The translations under genes were made by a program, and so were the position numbers. 64,000 bases of DNA, from contig DYGC01000001.1 of assembly GCA_020724925.1 (NCBI GenBank), forward strand, positions 5,228 through 69,227, read 5' to 3'. Shown piece by piece: positions 1-9,806 of the stretch. The DNA comes from Candidatus Paceibacter sp. GTDB taxonomy: Bacteria > Patescibacteriota > Patescibacteriia > DYGC01. Every line of letters begins with the position of its first letter. Position 1 is the stretch's first letter. The notes beneath the pieces were generated by a model that made no database searches, was not told where the DNA came from, and worked only from the letters and a program-made list of their open reading frames with translations.

Positions 1-163
1 AACCGGGAACATTTAACAATTTATCACTTAATTGATAAGTATGAGCTTTGGTTTCTTGCAAACCGATAATATCCGGTTGCGCTCCTAACAACCACTCCAC
101 AAATCCTTTCTTTTCCACCGCCCGAATACCATTCACATTCCAAGAGTATAATTTTAAAAACAT
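1..163 (-). CDS. xth: Exodeoxyribonuclease III (5' part; runs off window start)
   Basis: Not in ORF track. Manual translation from ATG at 163 gives [40 protein letters not shown], which carries the ExoIII SWNVNG and LQETK motifs. Confidence 0.9.
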   Translation of the reverse strand, partial: MFLKLYSWNVNGIRAVEKKGFVEWLLGAQPDIIGLQETKAHTYQLSDKLLNVPG

Positions 164-221
164 AAAAAAGAAAATATTAATAATAATTACATTTTAACCA
201 AAAAGAAAAAAAATCACAAAT

Positions 222-246
222 AAAAAAGGGACCACTTATAGTCCCC
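222..246 (-). terminator. Intrinsic terminator after 270-560 ORF
   Basis: GGGAC/GTCCC stem followed by a T-run on the minus strand. Confidence 0.5.
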
Positions 247-269
247 ATGAAAAACTACTAACAAACAGA

Positions 270-560
270 CTACTTGTACGGGCGATCCAAATATTCAAAC
301 AAGGTCTGCCGATCCGGTGCCGGCACCTCGACCGTCGGCCGAGACTGCAAGTCCGCGTAAGCCTTTTTGGACGCCTCTTGAGCCTCAAGGGCCAGGTGCA
401 TTTCCTGGACCTCGAGAGGAATCTCCAGGGTTTTGCGATTCATGACATCCAATTGGACTAAATCGCCACCCGATGGATAAGTGCTCTCACCCATCTGCTG
501 GACAATTTCGAAAATCGGACCAGAAATCGCGTCACCGGATTTTTTACCATCATTAGCCAT
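270..560 (-). CDS. Hypothetical protein (96 aa)
   Basis: ORF with strong SD (AAAGGAGGT) before the ATG and a downstream terminator; no recognised family. Confidence 0.65.
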   Translation of the reverse strand: MANDGKKSGDAISGPIFEIVQQMGESTYPSGGDLVQLDVMNRKTLEIPLEVQEMHLALEAQEASKKAYADLQSRPTVEVPAPDRQTLFEYLDRPYK

Positions 561-629
561 GTCGAACCTCCTTTTGTGCGTAAAAAAAAACGCCTTATTA
601 AAATACCACCTTTATTTAATAAAAACAAG

Positions 630-658
630 GCCACTCGGCTCCATAAAAACCGAGTGGC
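630..658 (-). terminator. Terminator downstream of sdpI-like gene
   Basis: Perfect 9-bp stem GCCACTCGG/CCGAGTGGC followed by CTTGTTTTT on minus. Confidence 0.6.
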
Positions 659-682
659 AAAAATATCTTACGAAAATAAAAC

Positions 683-1315
683 CTATTTTGAGATTCTAAA
701 TAAATAATAAGAGTAGGCAAAAGGAACCAAAACCATTAAAATGATTTGTACAATGAATACTGGGACAATTTGCCATTGCCAAAACGCTTCCAATAAAAAT
801 ATTAAACCGGCAATCACGAACATCCAGCCACCCACGCGCTGTGTTTTATTCCAATTATCGACATTGTCCAAGGCCCAAGGAGTTTTCACGCCTACAAAAT
901 AATTTTGTTTAATTTTACCCATGTAATTACCGATTAACACAAACATCACCCCCAAACCAATTAAAATCATTCTGGTGAAATTCAATCCCGGAACCAAAAC
1001 ATAAGCAAACATAATCGCCTGTAAATAAACAAAAAATACCAAAAAAATCATTTGTAAAAGGTTCCAAGCATCAACAAACTGCTGATATTTCTCCTTACGT
1101 GGATCGATCTTTGGTAAAACAGCAAACACCCCCCACATTGCCAAATAAATACCAGGGGCAAAAAATACTGAATAAATTCTTGGCCAATAACGATCGGGAA
1201 CGCCTTCAAAATTCCAATGAGACGGTACCTGTTCGGGCAAATATTGCCAAACTAACAAGCTACCCCCCAACAACAAAATGAATAAAACCAACTTAATGTA
1301 AAACCATTTTTTCAT
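683..1315 (-). CDS. sdpI: SdpI/DUF1648-family membrane immunity protein
   Basis: Motifs LPEQVPSHWN-G-PD, KIDP, GNYMGKIKQNYFVGVKTPWAL, WNKTQRVGG; about 6 TM; follows an ArsR regulator. Confidence 0.85.
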   Translation of the reverse strand: MKKWFYIKLVLFILLLGGSLLVWQYLPEQVPSHWNFEGVPDRYWPRIYSVFFAPGIYLAMWGVFAVLPKIDPRKEKYQQFVDAWNLLQMIFLVFFVYLQAIMFAYVLVPGLNFTRMILIGLGVMFVLIGNYMGKIKQNYFVGVKTPWALDNVDNWNKTQRVGGWMFVIAGLIFLLEAFWQWQIVPVFIVQIILMVLVPFAYSYYLFRISK

Positions 1316-1327
1316 AAAATTAAAAAA

Positions 1328-1585
1328 TTATTCTTTAAAGAAATTAAATAAAAATTTAACTACACTTTCAAACACTGATAAATTCAAAGAGTAAATCATA
1401 AATTGACCCTGTCGCTCGAATGTCAGTAGTTGCGCCCGCTTTAAAATATCTAAATGATGAGAAAGTGACGCCTGAGTAAAATTAAAATGTGACTGCAACT
1501 CGGAAACCGACATGTCCTTTTTCCGAAGAAGATCAAGAATCTTTCGACGACTCGGATCAGACAAAGCCTTAAAAATTAAATCCAT
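1328..1585 (-). CDS. sdpR: ArsR/SmtB-family autorepressor (SdpR-like)
   Basis: FKALSDPSRRKILDLL, SLSHHLDILK, ERQGQFMIYSLN; paired with sdpI. Confidence 0.85.
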   Translation of the reverse strand: MDLIFKALSDPSRRKILDLLRKKDMSVSELQSHFNFTQASLSHHLDILKRAQLLTFERQGQFMIYSLNLSVFESVVKFLFNFFKE

Positions 1586-1597
1586 AAATTTTATTTG

Positions 1598-1649
1598 TTA
1601 ATATATAGATATCTGTCTATATATTAATTCATTTTACAAATCTTGTCAA
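1598..1649 (-). promoter_or_regulatory. sdpRI promoter with overlapping palindromic operator
   Basis: TTGACA (1644-1649)-17 nt-TAATAT on minus; perfect 12-bp inverted repeat TTAATATATAGA-N6-TCTATATATTAA (1598-1627) overlaps the -10. Confidence 0.7.
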
Positions 1650-1653
1650 ATTA

Positions 1654-1692
1654 AAAATCGCCCCACGCACTCACTGCGTAGGACGATTTTTT
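1654..1692 (-). terminator. Terminator of the exported-protein operon
   Basis: Minus strand AAAAATCGTCCTACGCA-loop-TGCGTGGGGCGATTTTT stem with G-U pairs and a T-tail. Confidence 0.65.
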
Positions 1693-1724
1693 TATAAAGA
1701 ACGTTTTCGCCTGCAAATCACTTA

Positions 1725-3110
1725 TTATTTTGAATGCTGATAAGAATAAGATTTCTTCATGGATTTCCAGAAAACTTCCTTGTTAAGACAATGCGGATTG
1801 GAACCATCACAATCTTTGTTTTCAATAAGATTACCATATTGGGCAAAAGTATGAGAATCCTCATAAGTGTACGGATCTTTCATCAAATTGGCAGTGACGG
1901 CGGCGTGGGCTTTTTCCACGTCCCCACCAGCTTTAGCCAACTCCTCTTCCATACCCATATTATAAGCACGCACCAAACCACGAAACTCAGCGGACTTGGC
2001 TTCGGCTTTAACTACATCCAAAGCTTCACCCAAAACGGCCGTCGTCACACCAGCCGCCTTGCCGGCCGCTTTGCCAAAAATCTGTTCCACTACATAATCT
2101 TTAATCTTTCCCTCCACATATTCACCGGTTCCACCACCAACAATATCCAAATCACGATTGAAATCCTGCTCTACTTCACTCAATCCTTGATTAATCGCTT
2201 CTTGGCGCTCCAGCATTCTCTCATAGAAACGCAATTGCTCATCCAGTGCTTTTTCCTTATCTGTCGGGTTAGACTTCCAAAATTTAACTTTTTCAAAGGC
2301 ATTGCCCAACTTCTCATTCCAACGATCCTTCAAAATATCCTTGGGATCCATATTTTCAATATCATTCGTCGGATCATTTAGATATTTTACGTATTCTTTA
2401 ACGGAATTATATTGTTCGTCAGTTAATTTCACCCCCTTGTCTTTCAGTTTAGCATTCAAATCCAATAATTGATCTTTGGTGCTTTCATCAATTTTACCAT
2501 CAATATAATCATCAGAAATTTGACGATTGGTTGGATCGGTCAAAAACTCATAAGAGCGCTTATTTTCATCGGTCATTACACCAAGCAATGAATTACGCTT
2601 ATCTTCCAAACCTTTTAATTGACTTTCCAAGCCCGGATCAGAACCATTTTTCAATTCTTCTTGTAAAATCTTAATTTGTGCGTCCACCTCCATTACCTTG
2701 TCCGCCGTAATCTTTGGTCCAACCGATGCTATACAATTATCTTTATCAGTACCGCTTAACTTAGCACAGCCCTCCGGCAATTCATTTTCAATCGAAGTTT
2801 CCAAAATACATTCTTCTTTGGTATATGACATCAAGCCACCTTCGATTTTATCACAAACCGACAAATCACCGGTATTAGTGGCAATTTGCAAATAACACTT
2901 ATCTTTTGGCGGATTGGAACCTTCAAAACCTTCGCCCTTAATTTTTTCACAACCGGCCGGATCACCATCCTGCACTGCCGAAGATTGATAACAATGATCA
3001 GGATCATCAAAAAATGAACAAGCCCAACCTTGAATATCCCCCAAACAACCACCCAAAAATATTGGCGCGCCGGCAATCAAGAAAAAAGATAAAAATCTGA
3101 ATTTATTCAT
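1725..3110 (-). CDS. Putative lipoprotein with N-terminal Cys-pair repeats and helical C-terminus
   Basis: Signal peptide with lipobox-like LGGC; repeated C-x4-A-x4-D-x3-C-x2-I units. Confidence 0.75.
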   Translation of the reverse strand: MNKFRFLSFFLIAGAPIFLGGCLGDIQGWACSFFDDPDHCYQSSAVQDGDPAGCEKIKGEGFEGSNPPKDKCYLQIATNTGDLSVCDKIEGGLMSYTKEECILETSIENELPEGCAKLSGTDKDNCIASVGPKITADKVMEVDAQIKILQEELKNGSDPGLESQLKGLEDKRNSLLGVMTDENKRSYEFLTDPTNRQISDDYIDGKIDESTKDQLLDLNAKLKDKGVKLTDEQYNSVKEYVKYLNDPTNDIENMDPKDILKDRWNEKLGNAFEKVKFWKSNPTDKEKALDEQLRFYERMLERQEAINQGLSEVEQDFNRDLDIVGGGTGEYVEGKIKDYVVEQIFGKAAGKAAGVTTAVLGEALDVVKAEAKSAEFRGLVRAYNMGMEEELAKAGGDVEKAHAAVTANLMKDPYTYEDSHTFAQYGNLIENKDCDGSNPHCLNKEVFWKSMKKSYSYQHSK

Positions 3111-3119
3111 AATTGATGA

Positions 3120-3614
3120 TTATTTATTTTTTTTAAAAATAAGATATAACACATTCCCGACAAACCAAACGCCACCGATAATCGCCAAAACCACGCAAGT
3201 GTACCATAACGGCTGCGCCACATAATCAATAATCGCCCGTCCGATGTTGGTAAAACGCGGTTCATTAAAATAAATTTGATATGACAAAATCCCCCACAAA
3301 CCAACGCCCAACAGGTAAGTCGCAGGATTCACCAACGAATATTTTCCCAAGCGCAACAAAGATTTTATACCATATAAAACATACCACAATAATAATGATA
3401 AAATCGCCAAAGCAAAACCAAAATATTGTCCATAAGTTTCAAACACATTTAAAATTTTCTCGCTGTCTATATCTTCCGGCGCCGGACCAATAAACCAATA
3501 AACCAAATAATAAATCACCGCAAACAAAAGCATCGCCAAGAAAGGCCACCACGCACGGTTGATAAAAGATCGTTTGTCACTGTCCTTCAAATCAATTTGC
3601 AAGTTTTCCGTCAT
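3120..3614 (-). CDS. Hypothetical membrane protein (4 TM)
   Basis: Four hydrophobic segments; tightly packed in operon. Confidence 0.75.
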   Translation of the reverse strand: MTENLQIDLKDSDKRSFINRAWWPFLAMLLFAVIYYLVYWFIGPAPEDIDSEKILNVFETYGQYFGFALAILSLLLWYVLYGIKSLLRLGKYSLVNPATYLLGVGLWGILSYQIYFNEPRFTNIGRAIIDYVAQPLWYTCVVLAIIGGVWFVGNVLYLIFKKNK

Positions 3615-3641
3615 AAAAATTTTTATTTATTTAAATTAAGT

Positions 3642-4280
3642 CTAAATCTCTTTTAACGGATGGATACTTAAATCCACCTTAAAAACACCATCGGTCACGT
3701 TAATTTTATTTTCATAATGATAGCCATCCGGTTCTAAATTTGTCAAAATACCGGAAAAGGTTCCCTCAATGAATTGATCATCAAAACGAGTAATGTTGAC
3801 TTCAATTGCATCGCCGGTGATATCAACGGTATTGGTATAACTCCAAGATTTATCCTCTTTATAAAAACCATAATGCAACATCGGCTCAAAATATGGCTCG
3901 CGGGCTTTCATACCAATAAACTTTTCCACGCGCTTTCCCGGAAACGTGACAGACATTGTTCCGTTTTGATAATCACCAAAAATCAACAAGGTTTCGCCAT
4001 CATCCGGATAGTTAACACTTTTCGGCAAATGCTGAACGGTCTGGACGCCTAAACTTTTATAAGCAACGCCATCCGCCACCCACGAAGCAAAACTTTTTTC
4101 CGCCACTACGAGTTCGCTCGGTGGAACGTCATCTCTTCCCTCCACAGAATTATTAGCACTTTCCACCAATGTCTCATCAGATAAATTTTCCTCTGCCCCT
4201 TTCTTACCACTAACCATGAACAAAAAATAAGAAACCGCCACCACCAACATCAGAATAGCGAGAATTTTCAAATTTTTCAT
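3642..4280 (-). CDS. Hypothetical exported beta-rich protein
   Basis: N-terminal TM/signal; C-terminal VNITRFD-IEGTFSG-ITDGVF beta pattern. Confidence 0.75.
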   Translation of the reverse strand: MKNLKILAILMLVVAVSYFLFMVSGKKGAEENLSDETLVESANNSVEGRDDVPPSELVVAEKSFASWVADGVAYKSLGVQTVQHLPKSVNYPDDGETLLIFGDYQNGTMSVTFPGKRVEKFIGMKAREPYFEPMLHYGFYKEDKSWSYTNTVDITGDAIEVNITRFDDQFIEGTFSGILTNLEPDGYHYENKINVTDGVFKVDLSIHPLKEI

Positions 4281-4291
4281 ACGCGTAATTA

Positions 4292-5626
4292 TTATTTAAT
4301 AACATGAAAATCACTAATTTTCACACCACTAGAATTAACCGTAAAATTAAAGCCGGCCTTCAAGGCAATGTGCCCATCTTCATATTCCACTTCCCCATAA
4401 TTTAAACCCAAAACGTCCAACTTGGTAATATAAAATGTACCACCTAAAACCGCTGGCTCAGGAGAAAGCTGTGTCAAATTATTTTCCACAAAAGTGTAAA
4501 GCTTCAATTCATCGTCGGCCGACAACAAATTCCGATCACAACGCCCTTGATACAAATCATCAAGTAAACAAATCTTGCCATTAGCAAATGTACAAACACT
4601 GCCACCGGCCGTCGTTTGACCACCCAAAATAGCACAATAAATTTCTGATTCATAATCAAAACCGGTCACCTTCACACCGCCTTCCGGACAATACCCGTAA
4701 AACAAAGACCATTCTTCACATTGTCGGTTATCTTCAAATAAACAAACTCCATATTGTCCCAACGCATTTTCTTTCATCATAATTTGACCGCCCTTATCCT
4801 GACAATTTAAAGAAGCGGGATTAGCCAAACCGGCCCACTCCCCCTGCCCCTGCAAATTATTCAACCACGGAAACTCCACCTTGAAATCACCCAAGGCATA
4901 AGCGGCCACCTGATACGGCGGAAAATAAAAAGTAATACTGTCTTCATCAAAAATAAAAGCCTGAAAGCTTTCAAGATCAGGTGCCACTCCGGACTTTATC
5001 CATTCCTCATCCATATAATCATCACCTGTCTTTTCCTGAATTTGTTTTCGCAAATCATCAAAACAAAATTGAGAAATATCATTCAAGTAATTATCGTTAC
5101 CGACAAATAAATCAGCCAAACTCATTTCTTTGTCATTTTGCAAATCATAAGCAAAACCATAATACTCACGGCCACCATGTGCACCACCACTATAATACTC
5201 AAAGGCTAAAACAAAACTAACATAATTTTCATCAAAGCGTCCTTTGTCATAACGAGCATGCAAATAATAAGTAATTGGAAAAATTTCACCGTCTTCCGCC
5301 AAATCGTCCATCGCCGACTCATAGGAATTGGCCGATTCTTTGAAATTGGCAACATAATCGGTCACGAAATTTTCAATCAACGAATTCAAATTATCCTTAC
5401 CATCAAACGTCGGGTAGGTGATCTCAATGTCCCAATCACCTTCTTTTTCCTCAATCTTTTGATCCTTCACAATCAACATTTTATTATCCGGCAAATCAGT
5501 CGGCCCGGAATTATCAGTGACAATATTTTTATCACCAACAACACTAAAATAATAAAACGCACTCACTCCGCCGACCAACAACGCCAAAGCAACCAAGACC
5601 AAAATGATTTTAAAGGTTTTTGTCAT
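4292..5626 (-). CDS. Membrane-anchored DUF4163/DUF3298 (RsiV/PdaC-like) protein fused to DUF333 domain
   Basis: YSGGAHG and FYFPPYQVAAYALG motifs; ANPASLNCQDKGG...GVC...CEEW DUF333 motif. Confidence 0.8.
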   Translation of the reverse strand: MTKTFKIILVLVALALLVGGVSAFYYFSVVGDKNIVTDNSGPTDLPDNKMLIVKDQKIEEKEGDWDIEITYPTFDGKDNLNSLIENFVTDYVANFKESANSYESAMDDLAEDGEIFPITYYLHARYDKGRFDENYVSFVLAFEYYSGGAHGGREYYGFAYDLQNDKEMSLADLFVGNDNYLNDISQFCFDDLRKQIQEKTGDDYMDEEWIKSGVAPDLESFQAFIFDEDSITFYFPPYQVAAYALGDFKVEFPWLNNLQGQGEWAGLANPASLNCQDKGGQIMMKENALGQYGVCLFEDNRQCEEWSLFYGYCPEGGVKVTGFDYESEIYCAILGGQTTAGGSVCTFANGKICLLDDLYQGRCDRNLLSADDELKLYTFVENNLTQLSPEPAVLGGTFYITKLDVLGLNYGEVEYEDGHIALKAGFNFTVNSSGVKISDFHVIK

Positions 5627-5635
5627 AAATATATT

Positions 5636-6265
5636 TTATTTCTTTAATTTAAACGGTCGCGGAACCGACCAGGCAATAAACACCGCCAAAGCCATAAACA
5701 ACAAAGTATAACCATCAACGATTTCCATAATTGAACCGACAAAAGACATAAACAAATCCACACTCAACCACTTAAAATTAAATAAAACACCAACGCCGCT
5801 GCCACCTTCCAAAACCAATTGATTAAAATAATAATAAAAAATCAAATATTGAGCCAATAAAATTGACAATACAGCACAAACGGCTGCGACAATTTGCAAG
5901 CCACGAGAACGCTTTTTACCGGCAAACCATAAAACTAAATACCCCACAAAAAAACCTACACCCAATGCCATATAACCGATTTCATAATCCGTTAAAGCAA
6001 CAATCACCGCCCACACCAACGCCGAAAGCAGCGCCCCCACCAAACCTCCCAACAAACCCATATAAACCGATCGGGAATCAGCTTGACTGTCTTTATGTAA
6101 TTCCAAGGCTTCTTGCTCGGCCTGCTGGGCAACACTATCAATTTCAGCTTCAGTCGTTTCATACTCATCCAAAATAAACTTTTTTGCTTGTGCCAAATCA
6201 CGCCCCTCACAAAAATGTTCGGTTAAAATTTTTTTCAAATCATTAGTACCGTTAACCTTTTTCAT
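5636..6265 (-). CDS. Hypothetical membrane protein
   Basis: Multiple Gly-rich TM helices. Confidence 0.75.
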   Translation of the reverse strand: MKKVNGTNDLKKILTEHFCEGRDLAQAKKFILDEYETTEAEIDSVAQQAEQEALELHKDSQADSRSVYMGLLGGLVGALLSALVWAVIVALTDYEIGYMALGVGFFVGYLVLWFAGKKRSRGLQIVAAVCAVLSILLAQYLIFYYYFNQLVLEGGSGVGVLFNFKWLSVDLFMSFVGSIMEIVDGYTLLFMALAVFIAWSVPRPFKLKK

Positions 6266-6283
6266 AAAATTAAATATGATGAT

Positions 6284-7129
6284 TTATTTTCTGCTTCCAA
6301 AATAATGATAATACAAAGGCACGGCCAAACACCAACCGCTAATCGCTTGATACAACATTAAACCCGCCACCACGAACAGCAACAAACTCCAGAAAAACGC
6401 CCCTAACACGAAAAACACCAAAAATCCCAAAACCCGCCAGCCACGCGCTCGGGCGGATAACGTTTTACCAAACCAACCGGGATATTTCTTTACAATCTTT
6501 TTCAAAATTAATCGCAACAAGACCATAAACAACATTGTCACCAAAATAATGAAGACAACCTGAATCGCGCCGAACGGTGATAACAAAAAGTTGGCCGGTA
6601 CTTCATTGAAAAAATCTTTTTTCAATTGCGGAAGCAATTTATAAACATTCATTATTTCGGCGAAATCAAAACTTTCCAGTTCGCCGATTGCCAAAGCATA
6701 TTTTCCTTGATTGAATTGATTAAACACCGCCACCCGATATTGTCCGGCCGGCATCACAGTTTTATATTCCGGACCTTCCAAATAAGTATCATAACCAAAC
6801 GGTTCAAAAAATTCTTTCCACTCAAAATTATCACCATCCAAAAAATATAATTCTTCATCGGTCGCCATATCATACAAAGCGGCAGAAAAACGTCCCTCCG
6901 GATTACTGTTTTTTGGTACCAATAAATTCAAATATAAATTAAATTCCTTATCACTGTTAATATAATAAGTATGTGGCACACCGGTTAATTCCGCATAGTA
7001 AGCCTTGGATACTTCCGGGGCAGGCACCTCAATCGTGGAATCATTGACCAAGCGTGGCTGGTGGGCGGACACCGACAAAGGCAAAATAAAAAAGCTCAAA
7101 ACAATTAAAGCTTTAAAAAATTTGGACAT
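6284..7129 (-). CDS. Exported/membrane protein with C-terminal DUF2892-like segment
   Basis: Signal peptide ending SAHQPRL; C-terminal TMs with GWC..LY motif. Confidence 0.7.
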   Translation of the reverse strand: MSKFFKALIVLSFFILPLSVSAHQPRLVNDSTIEVPAPEVSKAYYAELTGVPHTYYINSDKEFNLYLNLLVPKNSNPEGRFSAALYDMATDEELYFLDGDNFEWKEFFEPFGYDTYLEGPEYKTVMPAGQYRVAVFNQFNQGKYALAIGELESFDFAEIMNVYKLLPQLKKDFFNEVPANFLLSPFGAIQVVFIILVTMLFMVLLRLILKKIVKKYPGWFGKTLSARARGWRVLGFLVFFVLGAFFWSLLLFVVAGLMLYQAISGWCLAVPLYYHYFGSRK

Positions 7130-7207
7130 AAAATTATCCTTTAAAATTTTTGATTTACTAGTAAAATTTTAACACTAAAAAATAAGAAAAACAAATGCCG
7201 ATTATTT

Positions 7208-7300
7208 TGGCGGTGGGGGCGGGATTTGAACCCGCGATCAGCGTTTTAAACCGATACCGCTTTTCGAGAGCAGCGCCTTCAACCTCTCAGCCACCCCACC
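7208..7300 (-). tRNA. tRNA-Ser(CGA)
   Basis: GGTGGGGTGGCTGAGAGG...CT-CGA-AA, long variable arm, GGTTCAAATCC, encoded CCA. Confidence 0.95.
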
Positions 7301-7446
7301 AAACACTGCCATTATTATGGCGGATTTTTTAAATTTTATCAAATCCGACAAACTTGCCTAACCGGCAGAAAAATATTATTATAAATACTGAAACAAATAC
7401 CCACCAAGACAATATAAAAATTTTTATTTTTAATAATATCAAACCT

Positions 7447-8679
7447 GTGCAATATTTTTTCCTTTTGGGCAATAACTACAATTTAGCGGCAGTGGAAGTT
7501 TATACTGTCCTGCAAAGTTTTAAAATTCGATACACCACGATTCTGGAAGAAGCTCCTATTTTAATTATTGATAGCCCCAGTGAAATTAATTTACCGGAAA
7601 TTCAAAACATTCTTGGTGGAAGCATCAAATGCGGGCTCATTTTAAATTCTTTTGAACAAAAAAATCAGCAAAAATTAGCTGATTTTATTCATGAAACCTT
7701 ATCCACATACCACCCGCAACTGCATTTTGGCATCAATGTTTTTGACAAAAATGAAAATAATCAAAACAATCAATTAAAATTTTGGAAAAAATGGGCACTA
7801 GCCTGGAAAAAAGAAAACAAAAACAATTATCAACATTTACGCTTTGTTGAATCCAATGAAGGCAACCTTAGTTCAGTAATCATCAAAAAAAATAAATTAC
7901 TCGGTGAACATGGCTGTGATTTAAATTTGATTTATAACCAAGAAATAATTTTTATCGGACAAAGCCAAAGTGTTCAAGATTTTGAGCTTTACTCCCAACT
8001 TGATTATGGTCGCCCGGCATATGAAGCCAAGGTCGGGATGCTTCCCCCAAAACTTGCCCAAACCATGATTAACTTATCCCGCCAAAGTGATGAAGATATC
8101 CACAGTTTACACCTACTGGATCCTTTTTGTGGTTCTGGCACGGTTCTTAATCAGGCGGTTTTTAGTGGATTTATCCACATTTACGGCACTGATATTGATC
8201 CCCAGGCAATTCAACGCAGTAAGGAAAATTTATCTTATGTTAGCCAATTATTAGGGACTGTGGATATTGATTTAAATTTACAAACAATTGATGTGAACAA
8301 GTTATCCACAATGTTAACAAAAGCCAATATTGATAAGGTGATTAGCGAAGCCCATCTCGGTCCGGCTCTTAGTGGAAAAGAGTCCAAAGGGCAATTAAAC
8401 GAAAACAAGCGACTCCTGGAAATTATTTACAAGGGGGCTTTTCAAGAAATTTACAAAGTCATGAAGCCAGGAGGAATCTTGGTTCTAACCATTCCGATTT
8501 TTTTATACAAACAACAACTGATCAAATTTGATATTCAAAATCTGATTTACAACAACTTCAAAAAAGCCAAGGTTCTTGGCAAACATAAAAATCTATACAC
8601 GGATCGTAATTCTTTAATCTACAAACGCCCTAATCAAAAATTATGGCGCGAAATATTCGTCTTTCAAAAACAAAAATAA
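7447..8679 (+). CDS. Trm11/TrmG10-like SAM-dependent RNA methyltransferase
   Basis: DYGRP-x5-GMLPPKLAQTMINL and LLDPFCGSGT motifs; start placed at GTG 7447 (ORF track starts 7354). Confidence 0.8.
   Translation: MQYFFLLGNNYNLAAVEVYTVLQSFKIRYTTILEEAPILIIDSPSEINLPEIQNILGGSIKCGLILNSFEQKNQQKLADFIHETLSTYHPQLHFGINVFDKNENNQNNQLKFWKKWALAWKKENKNNYQHLRFVESNEGNLSSVIIKKNKLLGEHGCDLNLIYNQEIIFIGQSQSVQDFELYSQLDYGRPAYEAKVGMLPPKLAQTMINLSRQSDEDIHSLHLLDPFCGSGTVLNQAVFSGFIHIYGTDIDPQAIQRSKENLSYVSQLLGTVDIDLNLQTIDVNKLSTMLTKANIDKVISEAHLGPALSGKESKGQLNENKRLLEIIYKGAFQEIYKVMKPGGILVLTIPIFLYKQQLIKFDIQNLIYNNFKKAKVLGKHKNLYTDRNSLIYKRPNQKLWREIFVFQKQK
7699..8310. promoter_or_regulatory. Intragenic DnaA-box cluster
   Basis: Perfect TTATCCACA at 7699, 8171 and 8302; 1-mismatch boxes at 8096, 8259 (rev) and 8292 (rev). 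Confidence 0.6.
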
Positions 8680-8680
8680 A

Positions 8681-8696
8681 AGTTTCACCTGAAACA
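8681..8696. other. parS-like site
   Basis: AGTTTCACCTGAAACA, 2 mismatches to TGTTTCACGTGAAACA; intergenic. Confidence 0.65.
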
Positions 8697-8698
8697 AA

Positions 8699-9775
8699 TT
8701 AAACACTAAAACGAAAATGCATTGTATCACCATCCTGCACAATGTATTCTTTACCTTCCAAGCGAATTAAGCCCTTTTCTTTGGCCTTCACTTCTCCACC
8801 GCAATCCACAAAATCCTTCCAAGAAATAACTTCAGCTCGAATAAAGCCTTTTTCAAAGTCGGTATGGATCTTACCAGCCGCCTGAGGTGCACTAGAACCA
8901 TTAATTACTGTCCACGCCTTGGTTTCCTTCTCCCCGGAAGTAAAATAAGTAATCAAATTCAATAATTTATAAGATTTTTTAATTAATTGATCCAAGCCAC
9001 TCTCCTTAATACCTAATTCCGCTAAAAACTCCTTACTTTCTTCAGCATTTAAACCAACCAACTCCGCCTCAACCTGGGCCGACAAAACAATAACTTGCTC
9101 ATCAGGAATACCCTTTAGTTCAGGTTTAACCGATAACTGACCCTCTCCCACATTATAAACATACAAAAAAGGCTTCATTGTTAAAAATGAATACTCTTTT
9201 AATAATTTACGATCATCATCCGTCCAATCAACTGAATTTAACAATTTACCATCTTCCAAACAATTAACCACTCTCTCCAAAACTTCTTTGCGTTGCTCAG
9301 CAATCTTCTCACGATTACCTTTAAGAGAACGAATGGCCCCCTCCAAAACCTTATTTGCCAATGATAAATCCGCTAAAGTTAGCTCCAAATTAATAACCTC
9401 GATGTCATCGTTGGGATCAACCTTGCCACTAACATGAATAACATTGTCATCACTAAAGGCACGCACCACCTGAACTATCGCATCGGTTTCCTTAATATTG
9501 GTCAAAAATTTATTTCCCAAACCTTCACCCTGATGGGCACCACGCACCAAACCGGCAATATCCACAAACTCAATCGACGTAGGAACAACCTTTTGTGATT
9601 TTGATACTTCAGCCAGGGCTTGCAATCGTTCATCTGGGACTTCCACTACACCAACATTTGGATCAATGGTACAAAAGGGATAATTTTCCGCTGCTACCTG
9701 TTTTTTTGTTAAAACTTTAAACAATGTTGACTTCCCTACATTCGGTAAACCGACAATTCCAATTGAGAACGACAT
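8699..9775 (-). CDS. ychF: Redox-regulated ATPase YchF
   Basis: GIVGLPNVGKSTLF, NYPFCTIDPN, FVDIAGLV, GEGLGNKFL, EGKEYIVQDGD; true start MSFSIG at 9775. Confidence 0.97.
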   Translation of the reverse strand: MSFSIGIVGLPNVGKSTLFKVLTKKQVAAENYPFCTIDPNVGVVEVPDERLQALAEVSKSQKVVPTSIEFVDIAGLVRGAHQGEGLGNKFLTNIKETDAIVQVVRAFSDDNVIHVSGKVDPNDDIEVINLELTLADLSLANKVLEGAIRSLKGNREKIAEQRKEVLERVVNCLEDGKLLNSVDWTDDDRKLLKEYSFLTMKPFLYVYNVGEGQLSVKPELKGIPDEQVIVLSAQVEAELVGLNAEESKEFLAELGIKESGLDQLIKKSYKLLNLITYFTSGEKETKAWTVINGSSAPQAAGKIHTDFEKGFIRAEVISWKDFVDCGGEVKAKEKGLIRLEGKEYIVQDGDTMHFRFSV

Positions 9776-9806
9776 AAAAATATAATTAAAAAATAAAGAC
9801 AAACTA

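Noticed and set aside
1734-2381. 215-aa plus-strand ORF and the many other short antisense or nested ORFs in the track
   Set aside because: Shadow ORFs overlapping well-supported genes; no motifs
164-7207. tRNA-Ser-integrated island or prophage
   Set aside because: No integrase or phage genes, and no duplicated tRNA 3' end seen
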